A stretch of 64,000 nucleotides of DNA, taken from Antedon mediterranea (lineage: Eukaryota > Animalia > Echinodermata). The DNA lies in NCBI RefSeq assembly GCF_964355755.1, contig NC_092677.1, positions 22,741,175-22,805,174 of the forward strand. The letters are read 5' to 3'. The notes beneath the pieces were generated by a model. It was not told the DNA's origin, ran no database searches, and saw only the letters and a program-made list of their open reading frames with translations. This document shows positions 1 to 11,800 of the stretch, in pieces. Position numbers and translations under genes: made by a program. The number at the start of each line of letters is the position of its first letter. The first letter of the stretch is position 1.

Positions 1-498
1 CGTCTCAAAATGAATTTGTTTGTCTCAGTTAGCTAGTCATGTAGACTTATAATTTCGTCTCATTTATCAATAGGGGCCTATATATATATTCTCAATTTTT
101 TTAGCAGCTCAACCTTAATAGTATCCAAAATCAAGTAGTATACGTATGAAACACCATATGTGCCAAAATATTTATATTTTTACTAATGTTAAGACAAAAC
201 TCCGTCTGGAACCCTGAGTAGGCTGGTCCTGGAGACATATATATTTTGTTTCTTTTTTCGAAATACTATAATCCTGGTTCCTAACAACTCTATTTTTCTA
301 CATGTTCTTATAGCTCCATCCTCGGTGTGCTGTTTCTAGCTTCACTCGCATAGCTATAATGTCGTGGAAACGACACTATGTCTCTGGCCACAGCATTGAG
401 GTCGTTTCCACGACATTACCAGATGTAGGGAGAGGAAACTATGACAATAGTAGGCCTACTGGGTCACTTTAGTTTTGTTTCAATCAGTGTTTTTTTTT

Positions 499-1289
499 CG
501 CCGTGGTTAGGATTCCGGCACCGGAACTCAACTGCCCAGCGTTAGGGAATCCGACACGCTATTGCGCATGCCCAGAGCGAGGTATCGGCGACTCTATACT
601 TATCAACAGCGATGGATCATTAGCTGCGCCACACGACGAACTAGCCTAGATGCCTACTAATACGGGATCCACTAATCTAGGCTAGGGCTACCAGTTAGAC
701 GTGACCAGTGGGCCTATTTATTTTGTAATTAAAAAGTGGTTGCTTTATTCATATATAAACTTCATATCATTATGAATTATAATAATTACATGACTAGTTA
801 ATTTTTTATGATTTTTCATAACGCATTATACTGTACATAACAACAGGGAGTTGTCCCTGATAACAACATGCAATCACAAGTTGGATGTGAAAAAACTGTT
901 CGGGAAGTCAGGGTCGCAACGCTAAAAACAGCATTACGAATCTTAGATAGAAACTGATACTTATTAATATCATTATAATTATTTTAACGCGTGGCGTAGT
1001 CGTATTTTAATTATTAATTCATGTATGGCATAGGCAAAGTTTCATCCATCGCTCTCTCCTTCGCGCAACGACTATCTAGGCTACAGTAATCCCTATAACA
1101 CTCCGACTCTCGGTGGTGTGGTGTGTGTGTGGCACTCTATAAGTGCAAGCTATAATCAAAGATAATAAAAGGATTTATTTATATTCTTTGCTATAATTCA
1201 CTTCCCAGAGCTATGGGCATGCGCAATAGCGTGTCGGATTCCCTAACGGTGGGCAGTTGAGTTCCGGTGCCGGAATCCTAACCACGGCG
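499..1289. mobile_element. Non-autonomous TIR element (MULE-like MITE), ~790 bp
   Basis: ~80-bp near-perfect TIRs (CGCCGTGGTTAGGATTCCGGCACCGGAACTCAACTGCCC... / ...GGGCAGTTGAGTTCCGGTGCCGGAATCCTAACCACGGCG). Flanked by T9 on the left and T11 on the right, compatible with a 9-bp TSD. No ORF. Confidence 0.8.
844..859. mobile_element. 16-bp TIR-only remnant with 7-bp TSD (P-like footprint)
   Basis: ATAACAA|CAGGGAGTTGTCCCTG|ATAACAA. The same CAGGGAGTT terminus occurs at 59423. Confidence 0.6.
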
Positions 1290-2065
1290 TTTTTTTTTTT
1301 GTGATCTCGTAAATGTTTATGCTTAGCGCCCTCAATTTTAAGAAAACAGCAAGTTAGGAACAAAGTAGAACATTGTAAAGATGATGCCGATGTCTAGACC
1401 AACTTCAAAGGTGGACTTTGGCATATGAAGCCGAGTTTTTTAAATAGGGAAAAAACCCATAATAATAATCATATTATGTTTATGCTTTGGAACAAAAATG
1501 TGTGTTTTAATTACCTGGAATTGTTTAGATAGCAGACCATATTTTATTTCTTTTATTTAATGTTTTTATTTTATTACAACTGAACTTCTTTTTTTATTAT
1601 TTACACTTAATTGTTTATCATTGGACAGAGATAGAAACATTAATACCTAGCTTTAGAAACACTCAGAGTGAATAAATATGTTCTAGTGATAAAAAGTAAT
1701 ACAATGTGTATGCCTAGATTAATTATTTTTAATTATTGTGTTTAATAATCGATTATAGTTTATTTCTAAAAAATTTTGGGGTAATAAAAGAGAACAGTAG
1801 GCATGTGTAATCAATCAATCAATATTTATTATAATCAATAATATTTTACAAATAGTCGATCGTCAGTGGTCATAAGAGAAACATAGGCCTACAATAAATA
1901 CCAGTAACATTACAACTACGAAAGTATGTTTATTTTATTGAAAAAAAAAATTATTATTTTTATTATCTATTAATTTTATAAGCCTATTATTAAATAACCT
2001 TATTATGCTTGTAAGGCTCTGAAGTTTTGTGCATTATTCACCGTAATTTTCATCTTATCTTATCT

Positions 2066-2623
2066 CTTCCGTAAGCGACGCGGCCATTTTTTTACCTTTT
2101 TTTTGTGGTAAATCACCTCCCTTAAGTGACCACCCAAAAAAATTCGTATTGCCTTTTGACAACTAAAAATACAATTTTTATACTAATTGTGCTTTGTTAG
2201 CTTTGACTCACGTTATATTGTACTGTGTATTGTGATATTTTGTAAGATCATTTTGATCCAGAATCGTGTGGGATGATTAAAGAATTTTGAATTGAATTAT
2301 TTCGAAACGGTTTTAAACATTTCTGTGAAGAACATTCTGTACTACACAGATTTTGACCGACCATTTTAATATGATAAAAACTTTTAAAATGTGTCTGTAA
2401 ATCATAAATAATACTAAACCACCTGATAATAAACAATAAAATAAAATTACCGGTAGGTGGAGAATTTAGAGTCCCATTGCGTTATGAACGCCAATAGCAT
2501 AGCCAAGACATAAACGTGGCTAGCTCTCTATCGGCAGAATCTCCTTAATCGTCCGTCTCTCGTAGTAAGCGGCCACTTTTCCCGGTCCCCCGAGGGTGGC
2601 CGCTTGCGGGAGGTTCAACTGTA
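2066..2623. mobile_element. Truncated Tc1/pogo-like MITE (right end preserved)
   Basis: Ends ...GGTGGCCGCTTGCGGGAGGTTCAACTG|TA, with internal TAAGCGGCCAC/TAAGCGAC subrepeats. The left terminus was not found. Confidence 0.4.
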
Positions 2624-2769
2624 TTTGAAATTAGAGGCTTCTATGAAATGTCATGTTGTTGTGATATATCATTGATAATATTAATTATAAACCTATGAAT
2701 TAGTAGGTACATCAAGGAAACCGCGTCACCCCTTTTAAATACTATAGTAGGCCTATCAGTGTTATTTAG

Positions 2770-4493
2770 TACGGTGGCCCACAACTGTCACGCACACTAT
2801 AACACAGAATCACACAATTAAAGAAGGAATTACACAATTAAAGAAGAAATCGCACAATTAAAGAAGAAATCGCATATAAACAAAAGAAAGCATGAAAATA
2901 TAAAACGAAATGCACAAATAAAAAAGAAACGCGCAATTAAAGAAGAGCTAAGCACAATTAAAGAAGTCCGCAACAAATTCGAAAGCTCCTCGCACAATTA
3001 AAGAAGTCCGCAACAAATTCGAAAGCTCCTCGCACAATTAAAGAAGTCCGCAACAAATTCGAAAGCTCCTCGCACAATTAAAGTACAGTAGTCCGTATGG
3101 AACGCCATCGTTGCCTCCGGCAGCAAACTTTAATTCTATTCGGCTCATTTACCATTACGTTCGGCTCTTTTACCATTCGGCGCATTTCTATTCGGCCCAT
3201 TTACCATTACGTTCGGCTCTTTCAGCATTCGGCGCATTTTTTATTCGGCTCTTTCTGCATTACGTTGGGCTCTTTTAAATCGGCATTTTTTTATATGGCG
3301 CAATTAAAATCTAACCTTTGACATGGGGTCAAATGGAAGAAAATCAACGACTGGAAATGAGTCTATGAAAAGTTTACAAACATTTCATCATCATGGCGCC
3401 AACCATTAAATATGTGTTGAATAACCTAAAATTAATTCATCTTTTAACAAATTGTGAGAGAGAAAGGGTAAATTATTATTATTAAATGTTAGGCTGACAC
3501 TAGGCTAGGCCATAAATCAAACCTTTTCTCTCTCAAAATGGTCAATAAGGTGGGACAATTGCAAGTTCTCTAACACATTAATCATGTCAATAAAATGATT
3601 AGTCATATTGAAATAGCCTTCAAATTCATTTAATTCAACCAACCAAACACTCTACATGCTGCATCTATATATGTTTTATGAACTTTTCATAGACTCATTT
3701 CCAGCCGTTGATTTTCTTCCATTTGACCCCATGTAAAAGGTTAGAATTTAATTGCGCCGTATAAAAAGGGCCAAATCAAAAAGAGCCGAACGTAATGCAG
3801 AAAAAGCCGAATAAAAAAGGGCCGAATTAAAAAGAGCCGAACGTAATGGTAAATGGGCCGAAAAAAATATAGCCGAATGCTGAAAGAGCCGAACGTAATG
3901 GTAAATGGATGGGCCGAATAAAAAAGAGCCGAATGCTGAAAGAGCCAAACGTAATTTGTTAAATGGGCCAAATAGAAATGCGCCGAATGCTGAAAGAGCC
4001 GAACGTAATGGTAAATGGGCCGAATAGAAATGCACTGAATGCTAAAAGAGCCGAACGTAATACTGTAGTAAAAGAGCCGAATAGAATTAAAATTTGCTGC
4101 CGGAGGCAGCGATGGCGTTCCATACTGACTACTGTACTTTATTAATTGTGCGAGGTACTTTCGAATTTGTTGCGGACTTCTTTAATTGTGCGAGGAGCTT
4201 TCGAATTTGTTGCGGACTTCTTTAATTGTGCGAGGAGCTTTCGAATTTGTTGCGGACTTCTTTAATTGTGCGAGGAGCTTTCGAATTTGTTGCGGACTTC
4301 TTTAATTGTGCTTAGCTCTTCTTTAATTGCGCGTTTCTTTTTTATTTGTGCATTTCGTTTTATATTTTCATGCTTTCTTTTGTTTATATGCGATTTCTTC
4401 TTTAATTGTGCGATTTCTTCTTTAATTGTGTAATTCCTTCTTTAATTGTGTGATTCTGTGTTATAGTGTGCGTGACAGTTGTGGGCCACCGTA
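2770..4493. mobile_element. Foldback element (~1.72 kb) with 6-bp TSD
   Basis: ATTTAG|TACGGTGGCCCACAACTGTCACG...CGTGACAGTTGTGGGCCACCGTA|ATTTAG. Arms (~2770-3400 and ~3660-4493) are inverted copies built from ~20-bp and 40-bp tandem units (CACAATTAAAGAAGTCCGCAACAAATTCGAAAGCTCCTCG, 3 left and 4 right) plus inner TTCGGC-rich units. Confidence 0.9.
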
Positions 4494-5478
4494 ATTTAGC
4501 ATGTCACGCCAAAACTCACTTTAAATAAATGTATTGGACTATAGAAAGATCCAAAAACAGTATGGAAACAGCACATTCATTTTTATCTTGGTATAATAAA
4601 AACAAAAAATTGGAAGCTTGATTTTGTTACAATTTATTTCCGAAAACTTCATTTTCGTTGTTGCCATTGCGATCCCCATGTTTCATTATCGTCAATTCCT
4701 ACTCGTCGTGAGAGGCGCCCTATCTCGAGCGGTTCTCTGATTTTTAAGCGAAGTATGACATCTTGTCATTTGAAATGTTCTATTTATTTGCTCTGACATT
4801 AAACAGGAATTCTCTGAACATGACACTATCTTTGATTCCACTAAATCAGTTTGTCACTCATAAAAAGACAAACGGTTAAGTTCAACCAAAAAACCTGATT
4901 ATATGACTATTTTTTTACTTTAAATTACAGTTTTTCAGGAAAATAAATTTGTTTCGATCCAATTTTTGGTGAATTTAAGTGAATAACTAATATGTGACAT
5001 TAAAATGGCATATTCAACAACCAAAAAACAATAGGTGCTTTTAGTTTTTGTTCTGTACCTGAACAACATTTCGCCCTCAACGGATATATCAGATGTTAAA
5101 ATTGGTTGCTGTGTCTGCTTCAAAAAAGTAAGGAAGTTCATATTAGTTTGTCAGTGTTCTTATAGGAAACTAAAATTATCATTTAATTTAATCATCATAC
5201 TTCAATATAAACGACCCATATATAAAGATTTGACAACATTTTTTTTTTATAAAATCCATATTTTTATTCAAAAAATGTATTTCAATATTGTATAAAATAG
5301 TTTTGATTTATCTTACTTTTCGTCTAGAGGGATACCTTTATTTAATGTTGACATATTGACATGTCTGCTAAAAAATCGTCGCTGTGAAAAGATTAAATTG
5401 AATTATTTTCATCACTAGTTATAACCTCCTGATTAATCGATTTAACTTCATCTGTTGTGATGTTCAGTAAATAGAATA

Positions 5479-6651
5479 TCAGATACTTGAAATGAGTTTA
5501 TATTGTGGATCTCGAAGTTGTCGCTTTGTTTTAGCTTTTATGTAACCTGCTTTCTCCATCATGTCTTTACATGCTTCCTGTACGACATCAACTGCTGAAA
5601 GAGGCGCTCTATAACGCCACGCATGCGCTACAGCTGTAGAATTTTTCTGCAGGCCATACAAACGATCTCTGGTCGATTGAATCACATGATTACTTGCTGT
5701 ATTATTCAAAATCCATTGTCTGACATTTTTAGTCATAGATACACCCATAAACTTGTACATATCTTGAGCAGCCTCAAGAGGTTGCATTGCAATATCTTCA
5801 TATCTGACCAAATGGTACTTTCCTCGCATCCAATTTGGTGACGTCGCTGCCATTTGCATAATAGAATCTGTAGATTTGCACGTATATACAATGTCATAAA
5901 GTTTCATTGAACGATCTGGTGGTCTATTTTTATTAGCATCTAGACGCGAGTAATAGAGTGCTCTTGGATCACGTACCAGGTGTATTATCTTAACATTTTG
6001 TGTTGGGTCTTTCAATAAAACCTCCAGTGACGTTATGTTTGCAATTCGAATGACTTTGATAAACTTGTGTCTATACGAACGGCAAATGTCCGACACTTGC
6101 TTGCCGTCGAGTGGTGGACATTTCTTGATTAACCATCGATTATCTGAAGCAGGCCCGATGGTTTCCGTATTGATTAAAGGGCATAACGTTGGCGATATAA
6201 GACTTTTACTAGAAATCCTATGCAATATATCAGCACTAGTCCTTTCAGCCCATTGATGCATATTGTCAAATTCACAACTGAACATTTGTTTTAGTGCCAT
6301 AGCGGCTTTTTGTTGGTTCACTCGCTGAACACCAAGATATTTCAATGGTTCAAACAAATAAAAAATCTGTTCGTGCTGATTAAAGAATTGGCCAGTTAAC
6401 GATGACCCAGATCTCCATGATGCCAGTAAAATTACATTTGTAGAACGTGTTATCTGATCCGGGGATTTATGAAAGCTGTCAGCTTTCAACCATTGTGTGA
6501 AGTGTCCGTCACTGGTCTCTGTAGAAAGATCCTCATCGGTTTCCTTTGGGTATAAGTAAGTGGTTGGTCCTTGCAATGATAAAAACGTAATGGATATCCC
6601 AATGACAAGTATTAATAACAAGTACCGATGACGTAACCTGACGGAATACAT
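5479..6651 (-). CDS. Golgi carbohydrate sulfotransferase, Gal/GlcNAc-6-O family (CHST1/CHST3-like), 390 aa
   Basis: N-terminal type II TM segment (YLLLILVIGISITFLSL), 5'-PSB motif SWRSGSSLTGQFF, FEPL, 3'-PB motif IIHLVRDPRALYYSR and VRYEDIA. Single coding exon; a splice acceptor (TTTTCTTTCAG) lies ~57 nt upstream of the ATG, with exon start 6708. Confidence 0.92.
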   Translation of the reverse strand: MYSVRLRHRYLLLILVIGISITFLSLQGPTTYLYPKETDEDLSTETSDGHFTQWLKADSFHKSPDQITRSTNVILLASWRSGSSLTGQFFNQHEQIFYLFEPLKYLGVQRVNQQKAAMALKQMFSCEFDNMHQWAERTSADILHRISSKSLISPTLCPLINTETIGPASDNRWLIKKCPPLDGKQVSDICRSYRHKFIKVIRIANITSLEVLLKDPTQNVKIIHLVRDPRALYYSRLDANKNRPPDRSMKLYDIVYTCKSTDSIMQMAATSPNWMRGKYHLVRYEDIAMQPLEAAQDMYKFMGVSMTKNVRQWILNNTASNHVIQSTRDRLYGLQKNSTAVAHAWRYRAPLSAVDVVQEACKDMMEKAGYIKAKTKRQLRDPQYKLISSI

Positions 6652-7767
6652 GACGAAAGATCACGTTAATATTGCGTAATTGAAACGTAATCCACCATCG
6701 TTCCAGATCTGAAAGAAAACAATAAAAAAGTTTCAAAGATCCGTGTTCATTTATCACATGTTTATTATACATTTTTTGTTTGCGTTTCAACCTATCGATC
6801 TCTTGCTTGTAAAACGTATACGGCCAGCTTGCTTCGTCAATATCCCGAACACAGACTCACAAGGCTTGCGTGATTTAGGTGTAGTCCATGTTTGCCCCAT
6901 ATTAGCAGCTTTTTTTCACAATTAAAAATGTTGTCAACTCCAGTAATATAATAGTAAGCAATATCCAAATACAAACGGTATTATAATTTCTTTTCAACTA
7001 AATAGACAGTAGTAGTATATGAAAAAATGATTAAACTATAACTGTACGGCCAGTTTTAAACAAGAACATTCATGACTCATTATTTGAGGTCAAATAGAGT
7101 TACGTGACGTAAATGTGGATATGGCACTGAGATATCGCTACAGCTGAATTCAATCAGTGGTGTTAGCCAATTTAATTCTGATGTCTGTACCTATGGAAAC
7201 CACGTTCAAAATGATTGAACAAATATCAATATTAGCAAAAATATCAAACTGATTTTTAAATTAAACTATTTTTTAAATCAGATTATTAATCGAAATAGTA
7301 AAATATGAAGTGTTATAGAATTGACAATTGCTGCATTTGCTCATGCAATATCAGCCACTAAAATACAGCATTACAGCCAATGTAGCATTTCCTATCCCAT
7401 GTAATATCCCCATTTGTGTAGACCTTGTGAAGTGATGGAATAACCTGATATTTTCTTTTGTTTGTGGCTTGAAACCTACCACTTTTATTCAACTTTCAAT
7501 TTAGCAACAGTGCAATTCACTGGTTTTACCGGACGTCGATGTTTACTATATGCTTAATAAATCGTAGAAGTTATTAATAAAAAGTGAACCTAGACGCGGA
7601 AAATGTTTTTTTTATATGTATCAGATTTTAGGGCGAACCAATAATAATAATAATGGTATCATTTAATACAATTACTGTCCATAATAAATTAAGAGGACAC
7701 CCATTAAGAAGACACCTTAAAGAGGTGCCTCCTGAATTGGGGTTGGTCTCATTTGTTTCAGAAAAGT

Positions 7768-7915
7768 TTCCCCTTAATCATGGGTGTCCCCTTAATCATG
7801 GGTGTCCCCTTAACCATGGGTGTCCCCCTAATCATGGGTGTCCCCTTAATCATGGGTGTCCCCTTAATCATGGGTGTCCCCTTAATCATGGGTGTCCCCT
7901 TAATCATGGATGTCC
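7768..7915. repeat. 18-bp minisatellite (CCCTTAATCATGGGTGTC) x ~8, probably an expanded MITE subrepeat
   Basis: Direct tandem units. An inverted partial unit (GGACACCCATTAAG) sits at ~7695. Confidence 0.9.
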
Positions 7916-8547
7916 TATGTATAGAGAGTGATGTTCCGGAAGGCTGGAGTAGTGGTTCGTGTATTACGCTATTACCTCTAATCGACATGCATAAAAACGT
8001 TTACAAATGCCCAACTCTTGAAAGGAAATAAAATACAACAATAACAAACATAAGACGTGCTTGTTTATATCCAGGGTCCTAGTGTCAAGCTGTGGATCAC
8101 AATCCAATGGATTATAACTTGTTTTGTCCAACCAGTCTCGTATAAATTAGTTTTGAACGCACATGATATGTGATTAAAGTATCAGATCACCAATTATGTA
8201 TTTTTCTCATAATGATAACCGTGGCGACTTCATAATCATATACTACTAGTTTAGGAAGCATGGTCGGGTTGGTAGTTAGGCATAGCATAGTGCTAAGTGC
8301 TGTTCAACATATTAAATAAAATTGTATGTAACAGTCATTTATGAGCAGCCTGGGAGAATGTGACTCTGACAGCCTGTGATTCAGTGATCAGCTGTCTCCT
8401 TCGTTCTGTGCAATATCAAGGTGTTCCGGCCTTCTGGCGCTTTAATTATTGTAATTAATGTGTGTAAATGGATTCTTAATAATAATTTGATTATTAGTTT
8501 AAGTCATTGACTTTATTGCTTCTAATAGAGTTGTTAACGACGTATAT

Positions 8548-8825
8548 CAGATTCGTCAAGTTTGATAATAATAATGTAACATGTAGCCTACATTGTGTCC
8601 AAAATGCTGCGATGTGACAGCAGTGTGTGCTCGTCGTACAGATTCGTCAAGTTTGATAATAATAATGTAACATGTAGCCTACATTGTGTCCAAAATGCTG
8701 CGATGTGACAGCAGTGTGTGCTCGTCGTACAGATTCGTCAAGTTTGATAATAATAATGTAACATGTAGCCTACATTGTGTCCTAAATGCTGCGATGTGAC
8801 AGCAGTGTGTGCTCGTCGTACAGAT
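8548..8825. repeat. 91-bp tandem repeat x3
   Basis: CAGATTCGTCAAGTTTGATAATAATAATG... starts at 8548, 8639 and 8730; copies are nearly identical. Confidence 0.95.
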
Positions 8826-11800
8826 CGTCTTTTGTATTTCCAATGGATTGAAATAATCATGCAAAAGGGAAAGCAAATTAATTTTATTATTATTTTCACA
8901 GTTTCTGAATTAATAATTATCACAGGGTGGGTTTAAGCAAAACAATCTAACAACACGAGACCGAGCTCGCCTTTCTGAGACAGGAACTCGTAACAGCCTT
9001 TTGATCTTAAGTCTGGCTGCGACAAATACTGTGGTTATAATTTTCCGGAACTGATCCTGTCGCAGCTACAGATAAACCCTTTGATCTCCGAATTGTCTGA
9101 GTTTCTTTATGCCTGCTAATTTGAATACATACTGTACCATCATGAAGAAATAAGTTAGTCTCCATGGTACCATACAGTAAATTAATTACGTAACCGGCCT
9201 GCATGTATGTTTATGACAAGAATGATACAATATTTACTGCTTAATGGCATAACTAGCATATTTATGCGTCATAATATTTTTAAATAACAAAATAAAACTT
9301 TAATCATTTTTAAAGCATATCCCTATTATTAGGTAGCAGAATCCATCATGAATAGCATGGGATTAAAATCATCGAAAATGATAACGACAACAACAACAAT
9401 TATAATAATAATTATAATATTGATTGATTTTAATGACAGCGGTGAGATGAAAAATGGTAAATAAATCCTACTTATCTAACAAGAAGTATCTATTGTGGAT
9501 TAGAACAGTAGGCCTACTTTGAATCCTACCTTTTAACTCATGATCATTTCAAATACTTCTAAATCAGTTACATTCTACCATTGACGATTCCGATGTTGAC
9601 ATTATGTTGACAAATTCGTTATTTCATTTCAGGCCTGATCAATACTGTGCATCGGTCATACTCGACACGCACGATTCATCTCCGTTTTTTGTTAACGAAT
9701 TAACGTGGTCACCCCTTAAAAATGGCCAATATGTTAATTGACACTGTTTCCCCACGCTGTCAATCATAATTGGTTGCGTATTCTGAAATATTTCACTTAA
9801 TTTAATTCATTTGATAAATATAGAATATTTATAGAAACCCGATGCTTTCTTTATAGACCACTGAGCTGGCTAGACAGGGATGAACGGATACAGATGTATA
9901 TTTCAATAACGATATGATATCCGTTGCCCCCATAAATAAATTCTATGAATTCTACACAATCAGTAATATTGAATCATATTCTTCGCCCCGTTTTATATTC
10001 TTTAAGGCATGAACATTATTGTGATGTAAAAGTTCCGTTCCATTTATGAATTTGGCAAAAAGTGGATCGGTTAGAATTCAATTTGGGAGGGTGGTTGGGT
10101 AGGTGTCTATAACCATGAACTTGCAAGATAAGAAACAATTCTGAGGCTTAGCCAAACACTTGTAGGCCTACTTCTTCTTGTTCTCGTTTTGGTTTAAGGA
10201 ATGAGTAATGTTTTTACATATTTTACAAGCCCCAAACTGAAGTGACATCGACAACGTTTTTATAAATGAAATTACTCGAAAAAGAATATTGAAGTTTAAA
10301 ATATTACTGAAATTCATGCAATAGGCATGCTATGCTGCTATCGGTCGTAAGCATGCAGCGTGTCTTCTTTACAGGGCCAGGTCACGTGATGGAATTGAAT
10401 TGTATTGAACCAAGTGTTTTGCTGTCTCTGGTTAAACTGATCAAATTACCGTTAGAAACTGGAGTATCGTCGTTCATCAACTGGGGCATAAAGTTATTGC
10501 TACAACATGATAGCGGGAGATGATCCGTAAATAGATAGCTTTGAAATAACTGTCATTCCAATTCACTTACAATATTCTATTCATTAAATGCATTTATCAT
10601 AATATATATACGGTATCGTATATAAACGATTTTATAGACAGTATTTTTTGTTATAAATCATTCTTAAACTTTAAAATGGCTAAATTTCATATAGCTTTTC
10701 CCTCGGGATGTATAATATTATATTTGAAATAAATGTCTAAAAAAATACTATAGAAAGACTAAATTATCAATATTATTATCAATAATTTAAATAAAAGTTT
10801 AATAAAAACCAATATAATGACAAACAAACTTATCAACTAAGTTTGGCAGACATTAAATACTATCTTATCTCAACAACAATAATAATAATTAAATACAAAA
10901 TGTAAGTGAGACTTCCGCGATAAAAAGGCTGGTATCACTGTTTGTAACCTTGACGTAATTCATATTAATTGTTTAGTAAATTGTCGTCAATGCCACCAGA
11001 AAGGCATTTTAACAACATATCTGTAAATCAAGTTTTTACAGAGATACTATTTCGTTCTTTCCTCGTTTACGCCATGAAGTTATATTTCTTGCGGTTCTTT
11101 GAATTTGAAAAAAAGAAAAGGAATTAACTCGATTTTTCTCCCGGAAGATGAGCAGACACCGAGTGCCCCATGAACACACTTCAAACCTCTCACAAGATAT
11201 ACATTTATGGTACTGCTTAATTGATTTTATCTCTAAACAATATTAGGCTATATGTTTAATATAATATGCATTTCGAACAGACATGGCATACGTTGTATTG
11301 AATGAATATATTCATTATATGAATTTGTATTGGTGTTATTAGAACAGAATCATATTTAGGTCTAAATTATTATCCAGACATCAAAATGAATACCAATACA
11401 CATCATACTGTTTATTATGGCAATGAAAAAGTTAATTTATCAAAACATAATTGATATTTCATTATGCAAAATAATTTCTCTCTCTCTGCTCTTGTAATGA
11501 TTGTTATTTATTTTGCTCTGGACATGGGTGGTCTATGAAGGTGAAATAAAGTTTGATGTTGGAGGGATACAAACAAATTATAATGTTTCGTAGGATGACG
11601 TATTTTAAAATGTTTATTTTTAATTCTTACCAGGCTAATACTTACACTACTCATCATCTCAATGTATCTTGCTAGACCTAGAGTAAGATAGGCCTAATTG
11701 CGTATGCTATACGTGTGTTATAGACAGAGGGCTTTTATTCGTAACATGGTTACGTTTATAATATCGTTATTGTGATCAAAACATTAATTTAAAAAACAAG

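Noticed and set aside
3097-4145. Short ORFs in the foldback arms
   Set aside because: Translations of TTCGGC-rich tandem repeats mirrored on both strands; no protein motif.
2953-4310. CRISPR-like appearance of the 40-bp repeats (and of the 91-, 75- and 41-bp arrays elsewhere)
   Set aside because: Units are head-to-tail with no unique spacers, there are no cas genes, and the context is eukaryotic and intron-containing.
7653-8031. ORFs with PLNHGC / PLIMGV repeats
   Set aside because: Artefact of an 18-bp minisatellite open in several frames.
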